Shown here piece after piece: positions 25,946-35,767 of a stretch of 64,000 bases of DNA (its first letter is position 1; each line of letters begins with the position of its first letter). The translations under genes and the position numbers were made by a program. Below the pieces are notes generated by a model. It saw only the letters and a list, made by a program, of their open reading frames with translations, was not told where the DNA came from and did no database searches. Source of the DNA: Mustelus asterias (taxonomy: Eukaryota); contig NC_135802.1 in NCBI RefSeq assembly GCF_964213995.1, positions 90,086,001 to 90,150,000 of the forward strand, given 5' to 3'.

Positions 25946-26086
25946 TCTTTTCTTCTACTGTCACCATTTTCAATCAGTTTCGGCATCATTGAGAATATTA
26001 AAAACAGCATTAACACAAACATAAACTTTGCAAATTTCCATGTGCTATTTACAGTTTCCTTTTATCAAGGGCTTTATAAACACCTT

Positions 26087-26201
26087 GGGTGTAATTTTCC
26101 CGTCCCACCCACCACATGAATCTAGTGGGTGGTGGGGAAGGCAGTGTTGGGGGGGGGGGATTTTCCAGTCCTGGGGTGGGCACAGCTGGAAAATCTCACC
26201 C
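26087..26201. mobile_element. Short MITE
   Basis: TIRs GGGTGTAATTTTCC / GGAAAATCTCACCC. Confidence 0.7.
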
Positions 26202-26214
26202 CTTGTGTATCAAT

Positions 26215-26950
26215 GACACAAAAACAGAGAATGCTGGGAAAACTCAGCAGCTCTGGCAGCGTCTGTAGGGATAGAAAACAGAATTAACGTTACAAATCCG
26301 TTTGACTTTGCACTGGAAGCAATGAATATAGTGGACAAACTTGAAGCAAGTGAAACATTGCTTAACCTGAAAGGAGTGTTTGGGGTCTTGAATGTTGAGG
26401 AGGGAAGAGGTAAACACACGGGTGTTGCACCTTCTGTGATTGCAACAGATATCGCCATGGGAAAGGGATGAGGAGTTGAGCATAATAGAGGAGTGGACCA
26501 CTCCTTTCAGGTTAAGCAGCTTGCTTTAAGTTGGTCTACTATATTTTCTGCTCTCCTCTACACTGGGGAGATTAAAGGCAGACTGGATGACCCTTTGCGG
26601 AACACTTTCACTCTATCTGCAAGGATGACTCCAACCTTCCTGTTGCTTGCCATTTTAACTCAGCACCTTGCTCTTATGCCCACATATCTGTCCTTGGCCT
26701 GCTGCGATGCTTCAGTAAGGCCCAACCCAAGCTGGAGGAATAGAATCTCATCTTCCGAATCGGCGTGTAACAGTCCTCAGGACCCAACATTGAGTTCAAC
26801 AATTTTAGACTGTGACCTTTCTCCTCCATCTTAACCCTTTTTTAAAAAATAGCCCACACATTTCTTTGTCTCAAGGCAAAAACCCTCCTTCCCTCAGCAT
26901 TCTCTGTCTCCATTTTGTTTCAGCTTCCAACATCTGCAGTATTTTGCTTA
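26215..26950 (+). mobile_element. PLE family B remnant with GIY-YIG endonuclease and an inverted 5' segment
   Basis: + strand LLYTGE..CHFNS..KLEE.NLIF..NIEFNNF at 26500-26810. Minus strand CNHRRCNT..HSFQVKQ at 26310-26490. Inverted pLTR ends. Confidence 0.75.
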
Positions 26951-28219
26951 TCTTACTGTATATCAATGACTTTGATGAGGAGGATCGACTGTAATGCATC
27001 CAAATTTGCCGATGATACAAAGTTAGGTGGGAAAATAGGTCTGAAGAAGATTTAGACCAATAAGTGAGTGGACAAGATCATGGCAGATGAAAAATAATTT
27101 GGTGAAATGTAAAATTACTAACATTGGTAGGAAAATGAGAGAAACAGAACATTTGAAATAGTGGGAGACTGGAAGATGTTAACATTCAGATGTACCTGGA
27201 AGCCCTTCTGTATGAATCATAGGAAGCATGCAATTAGGAAAGGAAGTTATAGATTACTCTTTATTAGAAAGGGATTGGAGTTGAAGAGTAAAGGACTATT
27301 ACTGCAAATGTTGAAGGTTTTGGTGAGACCACACCAGGAGTACTACGCACAATTTAAATCTCTGTACCTAAGGACTTGCCATTAAAGGAAGTGCAACAAA
27401 GGTTCACAAGATTGTGGGACAAGTGAAAATGAGGAACTAAAAGAAATTATTATGAACAAAGAGGAAGTAGTTGAACAATTGATTGGACTAAAGGTTAATA
27501 AATTGCCTGGACCAGATAGGCTTCACCCCAGAGTGTTGAAGGAGGTGGCTATTGAGATAATGTATGTATTGGTGCTAACCTTTCAAAATTCTATAGATTC
27601 TGGAAAAGTTCCTGCAAACTGCAAAGTAGCAAATGTAACCCCATGATTTAAGACGTGAGGAAGAAAACTGAGAACTACAGATTTGTTACTTTAGCATAAG
27701 TAGTAGCAAAAATGTCAGAATCTATTCAAAGATACTTGGAAAATAATGATATGATTGAGCAGAGTTAACATGGATTTATGAAAGGGAAATTATGTTTTAT
27801 AAACCTGTTAGAGGTTTTTTGGGGGTGTTACTTGGAGCATAGATAAAGGAGAACCAGTGGCTGTGGTGCATTTGGATTTTCAGAAAGCTTTTGATAAGAT
27901 CCCAGACAGGAGGTTAGTAAACAAGAGCAAATGGGATTGGGGGTAATATACCTGCAATGGAATGGTTAACAGACAGAAAACAGAGAGTAGGAATAAACAG
28001 GTCATTCTCAGGATTAGGGTACTGCAAGGATTAGTGCTTGGGCCACTGCTGTTCACAATTTATATAAATAATTTGGATGTGGGAACCAAATGCAACACTT
28101 CCAAATTTTCTGATGGCACAAAACTTGGTGGGAATGTGAGATGCGAGGATGAGGCAAAGGGGCTTCAAGGGGACTTGGAGAGGCTAAGTGAATGGGGAAG
28201 AATATGCCAGATGGAATAT

Positions 28220-29305
28220 AGACCATTATTTTATGCTGCAAATGCGAGCATGCACCCGACCTGAACTCATGTGAAATCGCACAAGAGGACATCATCCTGC
28301 ACTGGAGCAATGTTATGGTTGACGGGCGTGCATGAGAGTTGGCAGTGCATCTGCTGATAATTAAATGAGTAATTAAAACTTCAAGAGGTGAAATTTTACA
28401 GTGCTCATGTGAGTTCACATTCAGCAGGAACACCAGGAAAGCCTTGATTCAACACACATTCATCTAGGTTGCCAAGGCACTGCTTCCACTTCATCTCAGG
28501 GGAGGTGCCTCCTTGCCAGGCATTTGCAATGACCCCTTCCATTGAACCCAAAGTCCACTCGGTATCTGTGCAATTATATTCACAACCCCTCACATCCAGC
28601 ATAAGACACTGGCATGCCCTGCACCTATAAAACAAGTGAAGCATAATCAATTAACACAAAAGCAACATTTCTATGCTTTTGGCACTTACAGAAAATGAAC
28701 CTAACATTATGAGGTATTAACAGTCACGCCAGTAAACAACTTAACAAATAATGGCAGAACGGAAGATTACCCATGGAAAGTCCCTGTTGTGCTCACAGTT
28801 TATGATTGTGAGTGCTGCATCTTGGTGCTGCTGACAGTGACATTGGAACCATGTGCATTAGACCACCTCATGGCAGCTGACCTGGGCTGCCACCTCTACC
28901 CGGGCCTTCTTGCTGAGGTGCAGTGTCTTCCTCCTGCCATCCTGTGACAGCAAAATGTCCCACCTGGCACTGACCTCCACCAGTACTCCGAAGCATTCAC
29001 CCAAAAATCTGGACTTTCCCTCCTGTCAGTGTGCCATCAGGTGCTTAGGCCATGATGACTGAGAAGGGTAAGGTCAGCAATTCTCTTCCAGCCAGCTCCC
29101 TCAGGCTCCTCCCCGACTCAAGCTATTCTTCAGGAAGCTTCCATTGGGTCACCACTGGACATGGGACCATCAGTCCTGCTCCCACCTGGACCACTAAAGG
29201 ATCATGGGCCTTAAGTGGCCTGCATGCATGAAATGTGCAATGAGCGGATTCCACATTCACTTCCCAGCCTGCCCATGTGGCAAACACAACTGTGTGAAAT
29301 TCATG
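28220..29305 (-). mobile_element. Harbinger fossil, Myb/SANT remnant
   Basis: Minus strand 28840-29020 reads about RFLGECFGVLVEVSARWDILLSQDGRRKT..VEVAAQVS..TWFQC. Confidence 0.6.
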
Positions 29306-29548
29306 ATGTGAATTAATGTGAAGTTATCCCCCTTGCCAGAATAAACAGATAGGCAGAGTATTTCTTAAATGGTGAGAGGTTGGGAAGTGTTGATGTTGAG
29401 CAGGACCTAGGTGTCCTTGTTCCTGAACTACTAAAAGCTAGTATACATGTGCAACAAACAATTCGGTGGGCAAATTGTGTGCTGGCCTTCATCACAAGGG
29501 AATTTGAGTACAGGAGTAAAGATGTCTTGTTGCAATTGTTATAGAGTC

Positions 29549-29786
29549 TGATGCACTATCAATCAAGCAAAGACTAGTTTGTATGCAAGAACAAATAGGC
29601 CTTTATTCGCAAAAGACTTGGAGCACACCCATGCTGATGAACTGGTCCGGCGACTGAGGCAGGGGGGTTGGGAGCAGTCACCTTTATACCTGGACCAGGG
29701 GGGGAGGAGTCTCAGGCAGGGCCGGCAGGGGCATGCCCAGGCATGTCACACACACACAGGCAATAAGCTAACAGTGGTCTACCACA
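29549..29786 (-). repeat. Gypsy 3' LTR
   Basis: Direct repeat of 33678-33922, with about 7 substitutions and 2 indels by eye. Confidence 0.95.
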
Positions 29787-29850
29787 TTTACCCCCTGCTT
29801 TTAAAAAAGAGTCCGGCGGGGGTGAGGTGGGTGGAACGATATTTACAGAA

Positions 29851-32800
29851 TTACAAATTTACAAATTCAGTCTCTCTGGGGGCTTGATCTGCCGCTGCAA
29901 CCGCCGTAGTGCCGGTTGTGGTGTCAGTTCCGGTGGCCGCGGTGTTGGGTTCAGGCGCCAGGCCGTAGTCGCTCGAGTCGTCTGTAGCCCCTTCCAATTG
30001 TTGGGTGCGTGGTGGCGGCTCCTGGGGCTCAGGCATGCTGTATACGGGGGTTGGGGTTGTGGGGTTGTGGGTCGTCGTGGTCCCTGGGGCACCTGCGGGT
30101 GCCAGGTCTCGAATGGAGACCGTGTCCTCCCGCCTGTTGGGGTACGCCACATAGGCGTATTGGGGGTTGGCGTGGAGGAGCTGGACCCTTTCGACCAGGG
30201 GGTCCGACTTATGGGTGCTCACGTGCTTCCGGAGCAGGACAGGGCCTGGGGACGTCAGCCACGACGGTAGTGAGGTCCCCGAGGAGGACTTCCTGGGGAA
30301 AACAAACATCCTTTCGTGAGGGGTAGTATTGGTAGCTGTGCAAAGGAGTGATCTAATCGAGTGTAGTGCATCAGGGAGGACCTCTTGCCAGCGGGTGACT
30401 GGAAGACCTTTAGACCTCAGAGCTAATAAAACGGCCTTCCAGACTGTCACGGTCTCCCTCTCTACCTGTCCGTTCCCCCTGGAGTTGTAGCTGGTGGTCC
30501 TACTCGAGGCTATGCCTTTGGAGAGAAGGTACTGTCACAGCTCATCACTCATAAAGGAGGATCCCCGGTCGCTATGGATAGAGCTAAGGAGAGGGTGAAG
30601 AGGCTGTGCAGGGCCCTGACGACCGTGGCCGAGGTCATATCCGGGCAGGGAATAGTGAAGGGGAAACATGAATATTCATCAATGACGTTGAGGAAATATA
30701 TGTTGCGGTCAGAAGAGGGGAGGGGGCCTTTGAAGTCGACGCTTAGGCATTCGAAAGGGCGGGTGGCCTTTATTAGGTGTGCTCTGTCTGGCCGATAGAA
30801 GTGCGGCTTGCACTCTGCGCAGACCTGGCACTGTCTGGTTATAGACCTGACTTCCTCAATGGAGTAGGGCAGGTTACGGGCTTTAATGAAGTGAAAACAC
30901 CTGGTGACCCCCGGGTGGCAGAGGTCGTTGTGGAGAGTCTGCAATTGGTCTATTTGTGCGCTGGCACATATTCCCCGGGACAGGGCGTCTGGGGGCTCAC
31001 TGAGCTTCCCGGGGGCCGGTGTAAGATGTCGTAATTGTAGGTGGAAAGCTCCATTCTCCACCTCAATATTTTATCATTTTTGATCTTGCCCCACTGCGTG
31101 TTATTAAACATGAATGCAACTGACCGTTGGTCCGTGAGTAGGGTGAATCGTTTACCAGCTAAGTAGCGGCGCCAGTGCCATACAGCTTCCACTATGGCTT
31201 GGGCCTCCTTCTCGACAGAGGAGTGTCGAATTTCAGGGCCTTGGAGGGTTCATGAGAAGAAGGCCACGGGTCTGTCCGCCTGGTTAAGGGTGGCGGCTAG
31301 GGCGAAGTCAGACGCATCGCTCTCCACCTGGAACGGGATGGATTCGTCTACAGCGTGCATCGTGGCCTTCGCGATGTCTGCTTTGATGCGGTCGAAGGCC
31401 AGGCGGGCCTCTGCCGTCAGGGGAAAAGGGGTGGATTTGATGAGCAGACGGGCTTTATCTGCATAATTGGGGACCCACTGGGCGTAATACGAGAAGAAGC
31501 CCAGGCATCTCCTCAGTGCTTTGAGGCTGGTGGGGAGGGGAAGTTCCAGGAGGGGACGCATGCGGTCGGGATCGGGACCGATGACCCCGTTTTCCACAAC
31601 ACAACCAAGGATGGCGAGGCGGCGTGTGTGGAATACGCACTTCTCCTTATTATAGGTCACATTTAGGAGTGTGGCGGTGTGGAGGAATTTGTAGAGGTTG
31701 GCGTCGTGGTCCTGCTGATCATGGCCGCAGATGGTGACTTTGTCCAGGTACGGGAAGGTGGCCCGCAGTCCGTTCTGGTCTACCATTCGGTCCATCTCAT
31801 GCTGGAAAACCAGCGTTGGTGACACCGAAGGGGACCCTAAGGAAGTGATAGAGGCGGCCATCCGCCTCGAAGGCAGTATATTGGCGGTCTTCCAGGCAGA
31901 TAGGGAACTGGTGGTATGCAGATTTTAAGTCGATGGTGGAGAACACCCGATATTGCGCAATCTGATTAACCATGTCAGATATGCGGGGAAGGGGGTACGC
32001 GTCCAGCTGCGTGTATCGGTTAATGGTCTGACTGTAGTCAATGACCATGCGATGTTTCTCCCCAGTCTTAACAACTACTACTTGGGCTCTCCAGGGTCTG
32101 GTACTGGCCTCGATGATCCCCTCCCCTAGGAGCCGTTGTACTTCGGACCTGATAAAAGCCCTGTCTCCAGCACTGTACCATCTGCTCTTGGTGGTGATGG
32201 GGGCTTGCAGTGGGGGTGAGATTTTCAAACAGTGAGAGAGGGGCGACTTTAAGGGTCGAGAGGCTGCAGGTGGTGCGCGGTGGGCAATCTAAGAACTGGT
32301 GATTGCAAACAGAGAGCGGGGGAAAAGGTCCATTATACTCTATGGTGACGCTCTTAAGGTGACACAGGAAATCTAGCCCCAGGAGTACGGCAGCACAGAG
32401 TTGTGGCAGCACGAGGAGCCTGAAGTTTTTGTACACTGTGCCCCGTACAGTCAGGGTCGCCACGCAGTACCCAAGGACATCCACCAAGTGGGACTTTGAA
32501 GCCATGGAGATCGTTTGCTTCACTGGCAGTACTGAAAGGGCATAGCGACTCACTGTGTTAGGGTGAATAAAGCTCTCCGTACTCCCACAGTCAAATAAAC
32601 AGCTTGCAGTGCGACCGTTTACCTCGATGTCCATCATGGACCTGGTGAGTTGGTGAGGCCTGGATTGGTCCAGCGTAACCGAAGCCACCGTTGGATTTTG
32701 CGACGCAGCTGACGGCCTCCAAGATGGTGGCCCGCACGGCTCACATGCGGCTGACAGCCTCCAAGATGGCGGCCCGCACGGCTCACACGCCACTGAAGGT

Positions 32801-33653
32801 GTCCAAGATGGCGGTCCGCACGGCTCACACGCGGCTCCTGGTGCCCAAGATGGCACACGGCGCTACTGGGCTTGGAGGTCGACTTCGCCCTGCATACCTT
32901 CGCGTAATGCCCCTTCTGTCCACACCCAGAGCAGATCGCATCCTTCGCCGGGCAGCGTTGTCGGGGGTGCTTCCCCAGGCCGCAGAAGTAGCACTTCGGG
33001 CCTCCAGAGACTGCCGCAGCAGTCGGGTCATTGGTGGGACGTGGCGTGGCGTAGGCCTGCGGCCCTCCCGACTACAGAGGTGGTGGCGACTGCGGCATCC
33101 ACGATGCGCCCCCGTGGTCGGGGGTGTAGGCCTCGAGATTACGGAAGGCCACCTCTAACGAGTCGGCAAGCGCTACAGTCTTTTGTAGATCCAGCCCACC
33201 CTGTTCCAGCAGTCGTTGTCGGATATAGTTTGACATGATACCTGTGACATAGGCATCTCTGATTAAGTCCTCAGTGTTTTGGGCGGCTGTTACAGCCTTG
33301 CAGTTGCAGGCCCTGCCAAGTGCTCACAACGCATGCAGGAATTGGTCGCCCGATTCTCCTGGCTGTTGTCTGCGAGTAGCCAGAAGATGTCTGGCGTAGA
33401 TTACATTAGTCTGTTTGTTGTACTGGCCTTTTAAAAGTTCGATCGCATCCTCGTAAGTTTCAGCGTCTCTAATCATCGAGAATACTTGATCGCTTACCCG
33501 GGCGTGGAGCACGTGTAGCTTGTCGGTTTCGGTCCGGACGACGGAAGCGGAGAGGAAAGTTTCGAAACGTTGCAGCTAGTGATCGAAGCTGTTAGAGGCT
33601 CCTACGGCTTGAGGATCCAATTCTAATCTATCGGGTTTTGGTATCAGCCCCAT
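29851..33653 (-). pseudogene. Gypsy gag-pol (gag, PR, RT, RNase H, IN), frameshifted
   Basis: ORF fragments 33324-33512 (gag), 32068-32856 (PR), 31797-32228 and 31250-31861 (RT/RH), 30950-31192 (RH), 30549-31061 and 29851-30450 (IN with HHCC motif). Confidence 0.93.
32719..32856. repeat. 42-bp tandem repeat (about 3.3 units) in the Gypsy gag-pro linker
   Basis: CCAAGATGG recurs at 32719, 32761, 32803 and 32845; encodes ACEPCGPPSW-containing 14-aa units on the minus strand. Confidence 0.93.
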
Positions 33654-33677
33654 CCCAAAACTTTTTGCGAATAAAAT

Positions 33678-33922
33678 TGATGCACTATCAATCAAGCAAA
33701 GACTAGTTTGTATGCAAGAACAAATAGGCTTTTATTCGCAAAAGACTTGGAGCACACCCATGCTGATGAACTGAGTCCGGCGACTGAGGCAGGGGGGTTG
33801 GGAGCAGTCACCTTTATACCTGGACCAGGCAGGGAGGAGTCTCAGGCAGGGCTGGCAGGTACATGCCCAGGCATGTCACATACACACACACACAGGCAAT
33901 AAGCTAACAGTGGTTTACCACA
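33678..33922 (-). repeat. Gypsy 5' LTR
   Basis: Minus-strand TATAAA (33813-33818) and AATAAA (33731-33736); TG...CA termini. Confidence 0.95.
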
Positions 33923-34554
33923 GAGTCTTGGTGACACTGCACCTGGAGATTTGCGTACAGTTTTGGTCTCCTCATCTTAGGAAGGATGTATTTACCATAG
34001 AGCAAGTGCAAAGGAGGTTTGCCAGACTAATCCCGTGGATGGTGGGTTTGTCTTGTGAGGAGAGATGAGGAAATTGGGCCTGTATTCTCTCGAGTTTCAA
34101 AGAAGGAGAAGTGATCTCATTGAAACTTACAAAATTCTTACAGGCGTGACAGGGTGAATGTGGATAGGATGTTTCCCTGGTCGGTAAGTGAAGGGACACG
34201 GTCTCAGAATAGGGTGCAGGCCATTTAACACTAAGGAAGGTAGTGAATCTTTGGAATTCTGTATCCCAGAGGGCTGAGGATGCTCAAGCATTGAGCATGT
34301 TCAACAAAGAGATTGATAGATTTCTGGATACTAATGACACCAATAGATTTGTGGATAGTGAGAAAAATCACATAAGAGATAGATGATCAGCCATGATCTG
34401 ATTTAATGTTGCAGCAGGCTCGATGGGCCTAATGGCCTACTCCTGCCCCTATTTCCTATGTTCCTATACCTGGGCCAATATGTGATTGTATTGAGATATA
34501 TTAGACCCTTAAAGGGTTTGATAGAGTAAATGCTGGCTGGAGAGTCTAGGGCTC

Positions 34555-34712
34555 ACAGTTTCCTCTAGGTGCTCCAGTTTCCTCGATGACCGTAGTGTCA
34601 GGGGATTAGCAGGGTAAATGTGTGGGATTATGGGAATGGGGCCGAGGTGGGATTGTGGTCGTTGCAGGCTCGATGGGCTGAGTGGCCTCCTTCTGCACTG
34701 TAGGGATTCTGT
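34555..34712 (+). mobile_element. HE1 SINE 3' fragment abutting the AHR CpG island
   Basis: Matches the HE1 core end and tail. Confidence 0.8.
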
Positions 34713-35180
34713 GATAATGTTGAGATGGTGAAAAGGCGCCATATAAATGCAAATCTTTGTTTACTGGGGATATAAATCATTGGTTCCCTCTCTCTGTGTT
34801 GAAACTTTGTCAACTCAATGTGATTTTTGTGGTGTGTTGAATCAGTATTTAATATTTATACAGACTCTCCAGGATCTTGGCCGGCCTCTCGGTGCTCACA
34901 GACACAAGGGGCACAGGAGCCGGCGGGCCGGCTGGAGGAGGAGGAGAGAGGCCGGCTGCCTTCCCCCGGATTGCTGGCCGCACGCTCACAGCCGGCTCGG
35001 GGCCAAGAGAAGCGGCGGGGCCGGCAGGAGGAGCGAGCCGGGGAGGCTGCAGTGACTGTGGGCCGGGCCTGATCCAGTCCAGCCCCGGCAGTGCACCGGC
35101 ACTCGCTCCCCGCACACAGAGCAGCGCTCGCCGGCAGCAGCGCTGGGAAACACCGAGGGTGAGGGGAGGGGGGCTCCAAA

Positions 35181-35310
35181 GCCGCACCCAGAGAGGGCAC
35201 GGGAAGGGTGGGGGGACACAGCCGCACCCAGAGAGGGTGCCAGGGAGTGAGGGGCACAGCCGCACCCAGAGAGGGTGCCAGGGTGAGGGTTATTCCGCAC
35301 CCAGAGTGGG
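35181..35310. repeat. Minisatellite, about 3.5 units of 36-40 bp (GCCGCACCCAGAGAGGG core)
   Basis: Core starts at 35181, 35221 and 35259, with a partial copy at 35295. Confidence 0.9.
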
Positions 35311-35711
35311 CACTCCAGTTTGAGGCGGGGTTGAGTGCTGATTGAAAGGAGTGAACACATTTTCGGGCACTGGGAGGGGGGAGTGTTGCTGCAGAGTCTG
35401 ATCCGAAAGCTTCCTATTCTCCTGTGTGAGCCCCGGCCAATCGGCCGCCTGGCTCTGCTGCTCCATCGAGTGGCCACAGCTTCTTGTGCAATCACCAAGC
35501 CCCCGCCCCCCGTCTAATAAGGAAGAAGAAGAAGTTTGTGTCGGAAAGAGAGAGCAGATCAGCGCAAGAGGTCCGCACGCCTTATATGTTCCTTATTGGA
35601 TTAACTTGTGTACTCGCCGTAAACCGGGACGCTTTCTGCCGCTGAATTCTCTCCTGGAGCAGACTGAAAGAGACAGACCGAGTGGAGAAGCTCCCTTCGC
35701 CTTTGCTGAGG

Positions 35712-35767
35712 ATGAACAGCGGCAGTATTTACGCAAGCCGTAAGAGGCGAAAGCCAGTTCAGAAAAG
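35712..35767 (+). CDS. AHR: Aryl hydrocarbon receptor (AHR1-type), coding exon 1
   Basis: ATG at 35712 (A at -3; in-frame TGA upstream at 35643-35645) reads MNSGSIYASRKRRKPVQK, matching the vertebrate AHR N-terminus YASRKRRKPVQK. Ends in phase 2 at AG|GTAAGG. Not in the ORF track because it is short. Confidence 0.96.

Larger units (their letters stand above)
29549..33922 (-). mobile_element. Full-length Gypsy/Ty3 LTR retrotransposon, coding region disrupted
   Basis: Two TG...CA LTRs (29549-29786 and 33678-33922); 5-bp TSD GAGTC (29544-29548 and 33923-33927); polypurine tract next to the 3' LTR. Gag begins at ATG 33653, followed by protease (LFDCGS), RT (YLDKV), RNase H and integrase in Gypsy order, split by stops and frameshifts. 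Confidence 0.96.
26955..34470 (+). mobile_element. Old CR1 segments (26955-28219, 29311-29548, 33923-34470) interrupted by a Harbinger fossil and the Gypsy element
   Basis: ORF2 homology continues colinearly across both insertions. Confidence 0.8.

Noticed and set aside
29634-29670. CTGATGA in the Gypsy LTR as a hammerhead core
   Set aside because: No downstream GAAA box or stem II.
32719-32856. Regularly spaced repeats as a CRISPR-like array
   Set aside because: Whole units are similar with no unique spacers; eukaryotic retroelement coding repeat.
34747-35743. Many overlapping 100-170 aa ORFs on both strands
   Set aside because: By-product of CpG-island composition; low-complexity translations. 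The real coding exon is in a frame not listed in the ORF track.
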